Made by a program: the position numbers and the translations under genes. From Epithemia pelagica (Eukaryota > Protista > Bacillariophyta): a stretch of 64,000 nt of DNA. How positions within the stretch are numbered: position 1 is the stretch's first letter; every line of letters starts with the position of its first letter. The notes beneath the pieces were generated by a model, which searched no databases, was not told where the DNA came from, and saw only the letters and a list, made by a program, of their open reading frames with translations. Shown piece after piece: positions 43,794 through 54,729 of the stretch. Where the stretch lies: contig OX337228.1 of assembly GCA_946965045.2 (NCBI GenBank), positions 2,356,001 to 2,420,000 on the forward strand. The letters are read 5' to 3'.

Positions 43794-45137
43794 TTAGATT
43801 AGGTTGACCTCAATGTTCCCACTCTTACTTGTGCTGAATAGCGTGTTCGGTTTTGACATTGCCAAGAGAACAGCTGGTCCTACCCGTCCTTCAAGAATTT
43901 GAAGATCTTCATTGTCCATTGAAGAATCTAACCAGCACCAACAATCCAATCTGTTTCTGTTTCGATTCAGCCATTCATGTAGTTGCCATGCTGTTGGGTC
44001 TGTGAACAGAAATAAGGTTCCTTTGTTGGATAGTTTAGTCAGTGTGGTTTTACTGTCTTCACAGTGCCCTTGAGTTGGTCCTTTGGTCGAGCAAGCGTCC
44101 ATTATCCTATCATAGAACTCGAACCACCTGCCTCTCGTTTCTGAAAGCAGATACGAAGTCATGATTAAATCCGCCTCCGCACACTTCTCAAAGGCAGCAT
44201 GGTTACTACTCGCATATTCTGTATTACCCAATACGTCGCAAACATTCAGTTGAACATCTTGGACCAAATTCAAGCCAAGAATAATATTTTTCACAGGTTC
44301 AACAAGAGATTTCCACTTTGGCATTGCCCAATCTAGTAGCACAAGCCTTTTCAATCGGCTGTTCTGTTCCCCCAAGCTCTTTGCTCCAGAAAGTGCGGCA
44401 AGCCATGCCGCCATTCCTACACCATCACATCCCGGACCGCATCCTATGCTCACAACTGACTGGACGGATCGAAGGCGATTCCACAGCCGATCTCTTGTTG
44501 TTCCCTTTTCGTCGACACTATCGGATGGAGGGATCAACTTTGAAGCAGACGTGGCAATCAAAATTGCACGTTCAATAAATTTTTGTCTTACATATCCCTT
44601 GAGAGCTTCCTCGTTGTCGAACATGGCGAGCTCCTGTGTCCCCTTCGTCATGTTACGCAATAGGGAACGAGCCTGATGAGTCTGAAACTCTTTCTTGGCG
44701 GCGGTTGATTCAGAGGACCACCTTTTTGATTCTTGGAAATGACGTGGCTTTATTTTTCTTTGAATCTCATGGTATATTGATTCTATAAGCCTTCGGCTTT
44801 CGTTTACAACAGCCGATGGGTCATCCATGGAGTTCGCTGGATTCGCGTGGGTGTCCTTTGGATTTTGTTGCTGCAAGACAGTCTGCAAATCTCGAAGCGC
44901 CTGGTCAGCTGCGGCAAGATCTTTTCGTCGCAGGGCATGCTCATATCGAATTTGATATTTTCGCTTCCGACTTTCAAGCTTAAGTCGGGCCTTGAGAGCC
45001 TTCTTGACTTGTTTCTCACCGGGTGTGAGGTCTTTGTTTGGCACGCATCGCGCCACAAACTCATTTTTGTTTTTCACGCATGGTGGATCATCAACGGTCC
45101 CTTCTCTCCGATCTGAGCTAGATTGTTTCTGGTCCAT
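43794..45137 (-). CDS. Hypothetical class I SAM-dependent methyltransferase-like protein
   Basis: 447-aa ORF with VVSIGCGPGCDG (motif I-like) and ADLIMTSYLLSE. Confidence 0.6.
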   Translation of the reverse strand: MDQKQSSSDRREGTVDDPPCVKNKNEFVARCVPNKDLTPGEKQVKKALKARLKLESRKRKYQIRYEHALRRKDLAAADQALRDLQTVLQQQNPKDTHANPANSMDDPSAVVNESRRLIESIYHEIQRKIKPRHFQESKRWSSESTAAKKEFQTHQARSLLRNMTKGTQELAMFDNEEALKGYVRQKFIERAILIATSASKLIPPSDSVDEKGTTRDRLWNRLRSVQSVVSIGCGPGCDGVGMAAWLAALSGAKSLGEQNSRLKRLVLLDWAMPKWKSLVEPVKNIILGLNLVQDVQLNVCDVLGNTEYASSNHAAFEKCAEADLIMTSYLLSETRGRWFEFYDRIMDACSTKGPTQGHCEDSKTTLTKLSNKGTLFLFTDPTAWQLHEWLNRNRNRLDCWCWLDSSMDNEDLQILEGRVGPAVLLAMSKPNTLFSTSKSGNIEVNLI

Positions 45138-45408
45138 CTGTCCCGGTGAAGATCGTCTTATCTCTCAAGCCGGATTGTCACCGATCCCTTCTTTTTCGCT
45201 ATCGTAGGTCGGCCATCGTCGTGCGTCGTGCCCTTGACTTCAAAATCCTACTGATACTCCAACTGCGGCTCCTACGTCGTGAAGACTACCCACATAGGAT
45301 GAGAAGCTATGAGTAGGTATCGGGGCTGACAGCCTAGAGGTACTACTGGGATTAAAATAGGCCTTCGATAAACTGTAGTCGATTCACTGAAGGTTCTTTC
45401 TTGATCTT

Positions 45409-46710
45409 CTACCCTAGTTCTTTTCTCCATAGAATGATTTCTTGTTGTTTGAAGTATCGCCGATCGTCTTCATCGACCAAGACTAAATTCAGGAAATATC
45501 GAACGCTGAATCGGTTATTGGAGGCATTGTACGTTGGCGTCAAATCGGCTGCAATACCCGCCAAGGACAGCTTGACTGGAATCGTTTCTCCCTTCACGGG
45601 TGCCCCATCCATGATTTCATATTTGATCAAGGTTTGGGTTTCCGTAAAGATATTGTTCGGATCGCCGTTGTTGTTATTCGAGTTGTTGGGATTGCCTGGT
45701 TGGGCCATGGGGTTACCACCAGCAGTGTTTTGGGCCATGGCTGCGGCAATGGCCACTCCTTCTCCACTCGTTTCGCGACGCAAAACGGCCAATTCCATGT
45801 ACTTGATTTTGATGCGTACCAGAAGGAAATGGATCTGGCCACGAATGGTATCCAGCAAATGATAATGTCTTCGTTCGTACTCAAATTCAATATGCAAACA
45901 ATCTTCGATACCCACTTCCATTTTAATGGGTTCATCGTGCGCAGGAGGCTGTTGCAACAGTTGTACCCACACATCGTGCTCCCGTCTCAACGGAGGTACA
46001 AACTTGCGTTCCATGACAAACTGGACCATGTACCGTACCGACACATTTCGACCTCGATAAGACTCGAGTTCCTTGTCCATATTCTTGAAGCGAAAAGGCA
46101 TGACTGTTTGCTGTTGGAACAACACATCCGGAGGAGCTAACTCCTTAGCCAAACTGACAAAGTCATAATGCGGTTTTCCTTCGTGAATACCGACGCTCAT
46201 ATCAATGCGACCGATAAATTGTAGTTTAATACCCAAATGATCAGCCTTTTTCCCCGGTGGTAGAGTCAAAATAACATGGCCTTCAATGTCCTGTGAAGCT
46301 TCGTATGCATACCATTGGTGTGATACAGCTGGAGACTGCATCATCATGGGAGCACCGCCACCAGCCGTGGGATGATGAGGAGGAGGCTGACCCGGGTGAT
46401 AGTGGGAATCGGGACCCGGAGACATGTGGGAATTGTATGGGTCCGAGGACGGCTGTTGAGACGGCGGCATCATCATGTTGTTGCTTTGAGGAGCAACACG
46501 TTGTGGATGTTTTACACGCCAGAATGGATTCTTGTGCATTTTCCATGAGGGGAGATGGTCCATCGGTACCACCATTGGTTTTGCCATGATTACTCCCGAA
46601 GATGCATCTGTCGCTGGTTGTGGCGGCTGTGGAGGAGGAGGCGTCAGGCGAATCTCCACCGTCAACCCACTGCCACCGGTCAAGGCACCAAAAAACTTTC
46701 CCTGTAGCAT
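45409..46710 (-). CDS. VPS26: Retromer subunit VPS26
   Basis: GKKADHLGIKLQFIG, ESYRGRNVSVRY, IKMEVGIEDCLHIEFEY, YEIMDGAPVKGETIP, RYFLNLVLVDEDDRRYFKQQEIILWR. Confidence 0.97.
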   Translation of the reverse strand: MLQGKFFGALTGGSGLTVEIRLTPPPPQPPQPATDASSGVIMAKPMVVPMDHLPSWKMHKNPFWRVKHPQRVAPQSNNMMMPPSQQPSSDPYNSHMSPGPDSHYHPGQPPPHHPTAGGGAPMMMQSPAVSHQWYAYEASQDIEGHVILTLPPGKKADHLGIKLQFIGRIDMSVGIHEGKPHYDFVSLAKELAPPDVLFQQQTVMPFRFKNMDKELESYRGRNVSVRYMVQFVMERKFVPPLRREHDVWVQLLQQPPAHDEPIKMEVGIEDCLHIEFEYERRHYHLLDTIRGQIHFLLVRIKIKYMELAVLRRETSGEGVAIAAAMAQNTAGGNPMAQPGNPNNSNNNNGDPNNIFTETQTLIKYEIMDGAPVKGETIPVKLSLAGIAADLTPTYNASNNRFSVRYFLNLVLVDEDDRRYFKQQEIILWRKELG

Positions 46711-47218
46711 ACAAGATAAGCTAATCCATGAGGCGTTTTGTCAAAATTCATCTCGCCATTGACTGTGACATTTTTCGAGACTGGTGAAACGCAATTTCCA
46801 CAACGATTCGGAGCACTCACCACATCCATTGTTCGGCACTGGCTCGTCTGCTTCTATGGTCTTCTGCCGTATGGACGAGGAAACTATTTGCTGTTCCACA
46901 CAAGTCGTTAAGGCAAATCTATTCTTGTCGTGCCGAGCTGAATGAATCCAACGGGCGGAGCTCCCTGTTGTGCGACCGAAAACGACCGATGGGTGTTCAG
47001 TCGTGGATGGAGGCCCGACTCCCGACTGACAACTGACGGCTGACCGACATTCACTCGTGTTCGTGTCGGGGCGGCGTGCGCTTGCTCGAATGCGCCTGCG
47101 CGTTTGCGCCGGTACACGAAAAAATAATTGGTGTCATTTTTTGGCTCCATCCTCCATCACAACAGAGCGAGGTCTGGAATAGTAAGGTTGGAGATCTCTT
47201 GTTGTGTCGGACATTATC

Positions 47219-49801
47219 ATGACAAAGCCATACTCGTGGAAAGAAAGTACCAACGAACAACGACAAAAGGTCAAACTCGAACAAGAGCCACGACGATCGC
47301 AGAATGGGCGAAAACGACGCCTACGACCAGGGCGAGGCCGTCGGCTTTGGAGCTGCAAAGGGACGACCAAGTGTTTAGCCTGTGTTTTGTGGATCTTGAT
47401 TGGTTACATTGGAACGGCCATGGTTTTACCCTCTTTTTGGATGCTATCATCGACAACAACTCCGTTGAAGAGTGGATACCATCTTCATGAGTATGGTGAA
47501 GATGGATCCAAACGGCGCAAGAATACGAATCTTCCACCCGTTGCCACTCTAGAATCACTCTTTATCCCAGAGGATGATCCTCGATTGGCCTGGGATCCAT
47601 TTGCTATTGCCCAGAGACCTTTCCTTCGAAACCCCACCTTGATAAAAAGCAACAAACAACAACAATCCTGGCTCAAAACAAAGAACACGGCTCATCACGA
47701 CTCGTATTACTACCAAACACGAAAACACTTTACGACTTTGCGTAGCTTGTTTCTACAGCGCTATGGAACATTTGCCAGGTCCATGTTGGCGCAATCGGTC
47801 AAGACTGTACATTCTATAACGTCCGACCAGCAAAAACTCGACGATGCATCCTTTTCCATTGCAACCTTTGTCCAGGCTGTAAAAACACACCTAGCAACAA
47901 CAAAGAATCAACCCTTAGATATTGTTGTGGTCGGTAATGGAGCGGCTGCTGGATATGGAAATTATCGATCGCAAGCCTATTCGCACCAGTTCCAACAACT
48001 GCTACATAACATTGTGAATCATCCCCAAGCAACAACTGTAAAGGCCACAAGACCTGTTCATGTCACGAATTTGGCCATGGATCAAAGTACCGAATTCCCT
48101 CACCTCTGGTGTATACCTTCCTTGTTGCAACAACAGCAGCAACAAGCTCAAGAACCCCACATTCTCTCCTCCCGTAGACAATCTTCGAATCGTGGTGCAC
48201 AACAGGTACAGTCGTCTCCTCCCTTCATGGTCGTGTGGGATTATGTAGGAAGTACACCGCCAAGGCTTGAAGCTGTCTTACGCTTCTTGTTACAGTGGGG
48301 AGTACCAGTCGTTGCCGTACGTCTTCCACCCTTTGTGGACCACCAATCCTTTGAAAAAGTCCTTGCTCGGTATTGCCCCCCTCTCTCACCACGTGATGAT
48401 GCAAGACAAGAGCAAGTCAAGATTTCCTCGGACCATCCCACGAATTCGTCAAAGTTGTTCGGAGCCTGCTTGTTGTTGGAACCGGTCCAACAAGTCATCG
48501 AACCCTTTGTCACGGCTCTTGGCAATCAGACGGGGGGTCGTTTGCCCCCGGGCTTGGACGGTTGGTATACCGACTTTGGGACGGGCCGAAAACCATTGAC
48601 TTACCATGAAATGGATCATTTATCTCATCAACGACCTCATTACCTGACAAAGCCACAACATAGTTGGATTGCATGGACCTTGGCCATGCCGTTTTTGTCG
48701 GCGGCTGAATTCTTACTATTGGAAAACCATGAGGATGTGTCCAACCAAGACAAGCATTTGTCCACCTCGACATCTCTAGGACTGGTCCTTCCACCCCCGT
48801 TGCTGTTGGACCAGAAAATGTTGGATCCATTGATTCTAGCGTCATCGTTTGGTACTAATTGGAACTGCTACACTAGCTACGAATACGTTCTTCGAAATGC
48901 CGACATGTCGGAGGGCGTTCGAAGTAACGAGAAGAATAAGCAGCAGGACCCTACATCCATCGCAATGAATATTTCTGGCTCGCTTTCCAGTATAATCGTG
49001 AGTCGTAACATTTTGGGCACGGCCAAGGACTTGTTGCGTCCGAAACTTGCCGTTAAGGAGGATGCCTGGCTCTATGATTTGGATGACAGTACCAAGTTTG
49101 ACAAAAGGCAAATGCAACATCATAAACACCATTTCTCTCCCCAGAAGAACCCAAACAAGGACCACAGCAACTATATTGATGGTGATGGCGCGGCTTTTTA
49201 CGGTATGCCCGATTGGAAAATTGCCTACTACGGTGCTTACCAATCAGGGGTTTTGAAACTACGACTACCTGTTGACTTGTCCACAAAAACAACTGATAAA
49301 AACCGTTTTCCTTCATGGCTTCAGGGGAGACGCACCATTCCCACGAATGAAACACTCGACTACAACGCCACTGATTATATTCAATCCGTGATTCTTTGTC
49401 AATCCGATGCGCCCATGGTCACGTCATCCTTGAAGGCAAGTGGGTGTTCGTGGGTGAACGATGTGCAAATTAGAATCGGCATGGGAAAGAACAAGACAAC
49501 AGCAACAATGATTCCGGCCAAATCACACCCTCTGGATACGTCCTATGACATTGTCATTTCCACACGGGGAGGAACGCGTATCGAACATGTCCAACCGCTT
49601 TGTCGACGAGTGTCGCTGCCTCCCGAGGCGCAACTACAAGTTGACAGAAACATGAATGTTGCGTATCTACCACTAGAAGTAGAAGTGACAAATCCTCGTG
49701 TGTTGTGGCATCCCAAACATTCCGTCCCATGTTCCTTATCACATGTGTTGGTTGAAAACAAGGCACTGTCGAATCACGTTAACTACAAAGGTAGTGATTG
49801 A
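47219..49801 (+). CDS. Type II membrane protein with a divergent SGNH/GDSL-hydrolase-like domain
   Basis: N-terminal TM helix (CLACVLWILIGYIGTAMVL). DIVVVGNGAAAGYGNYRSQAYS resembles SGNH block I but lacks the catalytic Ser. First ATG at 47219. Confidence 0.55.
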   Translation: MTKPYSWKESTNEQRQKVKLEQEPRRSQNGRKRRLRPGRGRRLWSCKGTTKCLACVLWILIGYIGTAMVLPSFWMLSSTTTPLKSGYHLHEYGEDGSKRRKNTNLPPVATLESLFIPEDDPRLAWDPFAIAQRPFLRNPTLIKSNKQQQSWLKTKNTAHHDSYYYQTRKHFTTLRSLFLQRYGTFARSMLAQSVKTVHSITSDQQKLDDASFSIATFVQAVKTHLATTKNQPLDIVVVGNGAAAGYGNYRSQAYSHQFQQLLHNIVNHPQATTVKATRPVHVTNLAMDQSTEFPHLWCIPSLLQQQQQQAQEPHILSSRRQSSNRGAQQVQSSPPFMVVWDYVGSTPPRLEAVLRFLLQWGVPVVAVRLPPFVDHQSFEKVLARYCPPLSPRDDARQEQVKISSDHPTNSSKLFGACLLLEPVQQVIEPFVTALGNQTGGRLPPGLDGWYTDFGTGRKPLTYHEMDHLSHQRPHYLTKPQHSWIAWTLAMPFLSAAEFLLLENHEDVSNQDKHLSTSTSLGLVLPPPLLLDQKMLDPLILASSFGTNWNCYTSYEYVLRNADMSEGVRSNEKNKQQDPTSIAMNISGSLSSIIVSRNILGTAKDLLRPKLAVKEDAWLYDLDDSTKFDKRQMQHHKHHFSPQKNPNKDHSNYIDGDGAAFYGMPDWKIAYYGAYQSGVLKLRLPVDLSTKTTDKNRFPSWLQGRRTIPTNETLDYNATDYIQSVILCQSDAPMVTSSLKASGCSWVNDVQIRIGMGKNKTTATMIPAKSHPLDTSYDIVISTRGGTRIEHVQPLCRRVSLPPEAQLQVDRNMNVAYLPLEVEVTNPRVLWHPKHSVPCSLSHVLVENKALSNHVNYKGSD

Positions 49802-49871
49802 GCTCAAAGTATGTATCCATGGAAATTTTTTGAAGCAGAGGGTGGGTATTTAATACAAATTCAGCTACTCT

Positions 49872-50888
49872 TCAACTTTCCTCTTCCGTATTCTTCTTAG
49901 CCTCGCGCTCTTGTTCATCGGCTTCGAGTGCTTTTTGACTCATCTCAATTCCAGCAACAATAACTTTGATGTCAAGTGATTGGCCGACCACGACGACTGA
50001 GGCTACCGACTTTGCTTCACGGGGACGATTGTCTTCCGCTCTGGCAAGTCTCCACTCTTTATCGTCTTCGTCTTTTTCCTCCACCGGAACTTCGACCTCC
50101 TCAATAGCATACCCAGCAAACGATTCTTCCGTGCCTTCTAATGCGTAGACAGTAATAGGAAGTGAGGCAGGGGGATCTTTCCGCGGGGCTCGTTCCAAAT
50201 AAGCAAGAATATCCGGAGCGAGTTTTGCGGAGTTCGTTATGACACGAACTGAAGTTCTGGTTCCCGGTACGTGGCCTTCTGGACAGTAAATATGTTCAGA
50301 AAGAGAAATAAGGTCTCTTGAGCGCTGGCTTACTTCGTCAAACGTTTCAAACGACAAGTCCCCTGATCCTGCTTCCGGCATCTTGGACGCAGCTGCCGGT
50401 TTTACCTGTGACACAAGAGGTAAGAAATCACTAACGGGGTCGAAAGGCAAATCATGAAGGTATCTCAACGACCTACCGACAAAGGCATCTTCTTTGGTAA
50501 GGACAGACCCGCCACTTTGAGATCTAAAGTTTTCGAGATTCGAAAAGCCGACCTACGTAGAGGAGTCACCCCATCGGAGTTGAGACACCAATTGAAATGG
50601 TAGACACATCCCGGACTTTCGTTTGGAAAAGGGATCGTTTGGCCGACACGCTTCAAACTGTCGGGAATATCAGGTTGAGCACCGGCCGTGGCTTTGTCAT
50701 GACACAGAAACAGGCGCATACATCCAAGTCAGAGAAACATAGTTTTCATTGTGTTTGATGTTTCGCGCTGTGGGAGCGAATCACTTACAAAAACTTCGTG
50801 TTGCGGCGGAGAAGGTCTTCGTCGTGTGCGAAACTCCATTCCGTGAGAGTAAACGAGTTAGGTACGGCGAAAAGACACGGCAACTCAT
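49872..50888 (-). CDS. Predicted mitochondrial protein with a PEP-carboxykinase N-terminal-like segment (282 aa); three exons
   Basis: Exons 50888..50789, 50691..50477 and 50405..49872 join in frame. The N-terminus MSCRVFSPYLTRLLSR...AATRSFST is presequence-like. FETFDEVSQRSRDLISLSEHIYCPEG...TSVRVITNSA resembles the PEPCK N-domain. Confidence 0.6.
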
Positions 50889-51112
50889 GGGTTCAATGGA
50901 CTTGGCAAGAGGAATCTTTATGCAGGTACTTGCCGTTCGCTTGGTCGGCGATTTGCATGGCCTTTCAAGCTTGTGGCGGCCGCATCACGGATCTTGTCCG
51001 CCCCACCAGCGTTTCTACGTACTATAACGTCCATGCGGTGCCCCCCCCCAATTTTCTCGGCCGATTTCCGTCGCTCCCCCCTACTTGCACAAAGCCCGCG
51101 GATCGCTTGACC

Positions 51113-51547
51113 ATGGCGACGAGAGGCCGTAGCACTGAACATTTGGCAAGTCATACACGACAAGCCACAATCTTGCGTAAAAATTTATTAGAATGGGATC
51201 GAACGCTCAAGACGACGGGAGAGGAATGGCCAAAAACTTTAGGTCGCTTTAACGCAGCTTTGAATCAAACTGTGAATCTGGATCGCAGCATCGACGATAT
51301 GATGGAGCACTTTGTCTACGTTCCACAAAAGGCCACTGCGAATGCACAGGACGTTCCGTTCTTTCTATCCACGCGCTTGGAAACCGTTCCTGACAATGGT
51401 GACAGCGACATTCTAGCATCCGAGGAATCATCCACCATTACTGAACCAATGAAAGGAGTTGCTGATCCGATACAACACTTGGCAAGGTATGAAAAACATG
51501 CGGCCGATGTAGCAGCTGAGTATGAACAAAATATGGTTCGATTTTGA
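51113..51547 (+). CDS. MED8: Mediator subunit 8-like protein
   Basis: EWPKTLGRFNAALNQTVNL...EHFVYVP...DVPFFLSTRLE pattern. ATG at 51113. Confidence 0.65.
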   Translation: MATRGRSTEHLASHTRQATILRKNLLEWDRTLKTTGEEWPKTLGRFNAALNQTVNLDRSIDDMMEHFVYVPQKATANAQDVPFFLSTRLETVPDNGDSDILASEESSTITEPMKGVADPIQHLARYEKHAADVAAEYEQNMVRF

Positions 51548-51818
51548 AAGTCCAGTAAGGTTCGTATACCCAGTTACAGGTTTTTCGTCTTTTCTTCGAC
51601 GACGAGACAGGTACGTGTAGCTATCGGATGCAGCTCTGCCGTTCGGAAAAGGCGTATGGTGCAACTCCTTGAAAGCAGTGAGACCACATTGACCATGGAC
51701 TGTTAGTGGGTGCCGCCCCTCCCTAGAGTTTTACTTGCTACTGTCAGATAGATGGTAAATAAATGCCATTAATAACCTATTGATGCACGATATTCACTTC
51801 TATGCCATATAATTAAAT

Positions 51819-53900
51819 TTACTGTCGATTGACGAGACCTCTGGCCATGAGTTGACTCATGGTCGTTTGATCCTCGTCACCTTTCGGTCGTGCCATGTTG
51901 TCGGTAAGATTGAGGACATGAAGCATGTCACCACTGGCAACAGCAATTCTCCTTCCGTCAGCTGACCACTGAAGCTTGTTGAGTCCGCGTTGAGCTTCGC
52001 TGGGTTCCACCACAATGCCTTCTTTTCCAGTCAGGGGTTCTTCCATTGACGAAGCGATATTCCAAAACCCAACTGTCCCGTTACTGGAAGCTGTGGCAAA
52101 CAATGACGGATGAACAGGGCTCCATTTTACGTCGCACATGTAGTCATATGAGTGACTCACAAAACTCATCAATGGTATATCGCTGTACGATGGGGACCAC
52201 AGCTTCACGGTCCAATCCACACCGGATGTCAACACCAAGCCTCCACTGCCACGAAGAAAGCCTTTGGAGAGGCCAGCAGTACGGAGAGACGAGCCAGACT
52301 TTAGTACTTTCGTCGAAATCGAAGTGACCATACCATAGTGACCGAGGCTCTCTCCTTCTTTGTCTGTAGCGTCCAGCTTTCGGAGATGCTTCCTGGACGA
52401 ACGCTGGCCTTCTGAGGTACTGATAGAATGCAGAAGACCATGCTCGTCACCCAATAGCAGCGTCTCAGATTCAGGGGCGACTCCAAAACACGAAACGCTT
52501 TCGCCTACCTGGATAGATTCAACAGGCTCCCTAAGGTTTCCGAGTGACCAATAGTTTACACGTCCGTCAGTCGAAGCTGTTACCAATCCCAACTTCAAAA
52601 AAAAAGCCATGTGAGATTCAGCGACAGAATAAAAAGCAATGACAGAACTTCGCGAAACATTGTCCAAACTTACACCTCCTTCAATGACCTCCATGGAACA
52701 TATGGGATGAGTATGCGATTTGGCTGAAGCACCCAGAACAGTCGTTAGCGCGGACTTCTGTACTGGCAATCGTCCCCCACGGACATCCCATACTACCAGT
52801 TGTCCCGACTCGCATCCTCCTAATACCAAAGTTGATTCCGAAGGATGAAACCGCCCTGTTGTAGCAGGGCTACCACATGTGAAAACATGTTCTGGTCGTT
52901 CTGGCATAGACAAACTCCAAACAACAGCCAAGCCGTCGGATTGAACTTCTCCACTGCGTGGTGTCAATGAGGACGACAAGGTATCATTGGGAGCAATTGC
53001 CTGAACAGCTGCCGATCCCTTTGCCAAGGGTGATGCAGATCCAGTCGAGTTTGGTACATGATATGTAGAGAGAAAAAGTTCTCTGTGCAGAGGTGACCAC
53101 GCAATATCGGTAATATCTCGGGATGCGGTCCATTTTTTACATTCGTACACTTGCCGAGACGAAATGAAACGACTAACATCGGAATCCTTGGCATCCCTTG
53201 TTCTGTCCAGTTCACTGTCCGCTTCTCCAACGTAATCAGACAACAAATCCTTGAGTATAGGGGTGCCCATAACCCGTTCAACTTTTTTAGATGCGGTTGC
53301 GATAAATGATGTGAAAGGAGCTTCAGTAACTTCTTTTTCCACCTCTTCACCGGTTAGAATTTTTGGTATTTTTGTTTCCTCTTCCAATTCTCCACTCATT
53401 TCTGCTTCTTCCGCCGCTTCTTCCGGTGGTTCTTCTAGTGCAGGTCCATCTTCATCGACCTTTTGCTCAGGGAAGTCATCATCCTCTGTCTGAGTCCCAA
53501 TGGCAAAGGTTTCCACTTTTGTCAAAGCAGGGGCTGGGGCAGGTTGAGCAGCGACAGCGTTTATCATCTCAGAACTGCCGTCGGCGAGCCGTATATCATT
53601 GTTTTGAGCGTCCACGGCCTCGTTCGTCTCACTGACTTGATTCCCATCCGCCCCCGTGATTGAAGATTCTCGGTTTTCTCTCTGTGCAGCCAATTCACTC
53701 CGTGCTTCCGCAGCCGTAGCTGCAACGCTTGGTTGGCTTAACAATCCATCAATGTATTCATCGAGATTGGCCGAAGCCCGCGATCGTACAGTGGCTGTGT
53801 CCTCTCTTCGATTGGCCCTTCTCCTCCGCAGCTCATCCAACTTTTGCCTCTTTTTCTCAAGCTCAGCTGCTCGTTGAGCCCGAGAAGCAGAGTCGGCCAT
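51819..53900 (-). CDS. Cytoplasmic dynein intermediate chain (WD40)
   Basis: N-terminal ELEKKRQKLDELRR coiled coil, KVETFAIGTQT light-chain-binding motif, WD40 repeats (DGLAVVWSL, SHTHPICSM, TSGVDWTVKLW, DVKWSPVHPSLFA). Probable 81-nt intron at 52593..52673. Confidence 0.9.
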   Translation of the reverse strand: MADSASRAQRAAELEKKRQKLDELRRRRANRREDTATVRSRASANLDEYIDGLLSQPSVAATAAEARSELAAQRENRESSITGADGNQVSETNEAVDAQNNDIRLADGSSEMINAVAAQPAPAPALTKVETFAIGTQTEDDDFPEQKVDEDGPALEEPPEEAAEEAEMSGELEEETKIPKILTGEEVEKEVTEAPFTSFIATASKKVERVMGTPILKDLLSDYVGEADSELDRTRDAKDSDVSRFISSRQVYECKKWTASRDITDIAWSPLHRELFLSTYHVPNSTGSASPLAKGSAAVQAIAPNDTLSSSLTPRSGEVQSDGLAVVWSLSMPERPEHVFTCGSPATTGRFHPSESTLVLGGCESGQLVVWDVRGGRLPVQKSALTTVLGASAKSHTHPICSMEVIEGGVSLDNVSRSSVIAFYSVAESHMAFFLKLGLVTASTDGRVNYWSLGNLREPVESIQVGESVSCFGVAPESETLLLGDEHGLLHSISTSEGQRSSRKHLRKLDATDKEGESLGHYGMVTSISTKVLKSGSSLRTAGLSKGFLRGSGGLVLTSGVDWTVKLWSPSYSDIPLMSFVSHSYDYMCDVKWSPVHPSLFATASSNGTVGFWNIASSMEEPLTGKEGIVVEPSEAQRGLNKLQWSADGRRIAVASGDMLHVLNLTDNMARPKGDEDQTTMSQLMARGLVNRQ

Positions 53901-54066
53901 GATCCAACGTCCCAAATGACTGGACTACAAGTTGAAAGATTTGCACCAGACAGTTGGCGCCCAAGATCGACTTTGGATTTGGGGATTGGGGATTATTGCA
54001 CAAACTGCAATTTTGGTGTGGTGTTCTTGGCTCCACAAGCTACCTTTGCTACTAGGTGAGCATCAC

Positions 54067-54098
54067 CTAGCTAGCTAGCTAGCTAGCTAGCTAGCTAG
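54067..54098. repeat. (CTAG)n microsatellite, about 8 copies
   Basis: CTAGCTAGCTAG... read directly. Confidence 0.9.
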
Positions 54099-54122
54099 AG
54101 AGGCTTGTAGTGGGACCCTCCT

Positions 54123-54722
54123 ATTTGGGACGTTGCTGAAGCTCAAATCGACGAAAGACGTTCTTCATGTCAGCATATTATACAGATTTATGTTCTAATG
54201 ACTTGATACGGGAAGAATGTGACAAGACCACAAAATGACGAAAGAGGGACGTAGAAATGGTCGACACCGAGTTGGCAAAATTGGTCCACTGAATGGAAAC
54301 TACTCCTACATGTAGGGTCCGTCGCTGTCTGAATTTGGAAGATGAAAAGCCACCTCTGAAAGGGAGTGTTTCGGAGTATGAGTGTGTTCTGACTTGAAAG
54401 ACACCGGCTCTCTTCTGTAGCAAAGTTTAATTTCCGACTTTTAGTTGCCCTACAAAAATCGTTGACCAACCAAAAACTCGCATTCGGGATTTGGGACGTT
54501 GCTGAAGCTCACATAGATGAAAGACGCAATAGGTGCAATACCTTCTTTATGTAAGCATATTATAGAGATTTATGTTCTAAGACTTCATACAGGAATATGA
54601 CACGATCAAAAAATGATGAAAAAAGCACATAGCTTGTACCTTCAAATGGGAGACATCGAGTTGGCAAAATTGGTCCATCGAGAATGGCAACTAGGCGCTG
54701 GTCCGTCGCCGCCTGAATGGAA
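54123..54722. repeat. Degenerate direct duplication of a non-coding unit of about 220-235 bp
   Basis: Copies at about 54123..54340 and 54489..54722 share ATTTGGGACGTTGCTGAAGCTCA, GCATATTATA.AGATTTATGTTCTAA and CGAGTTGGCAAAATTGGTCCA. Confidence 0.85.
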
Positions 54723-54729
54723 AGGTTGT

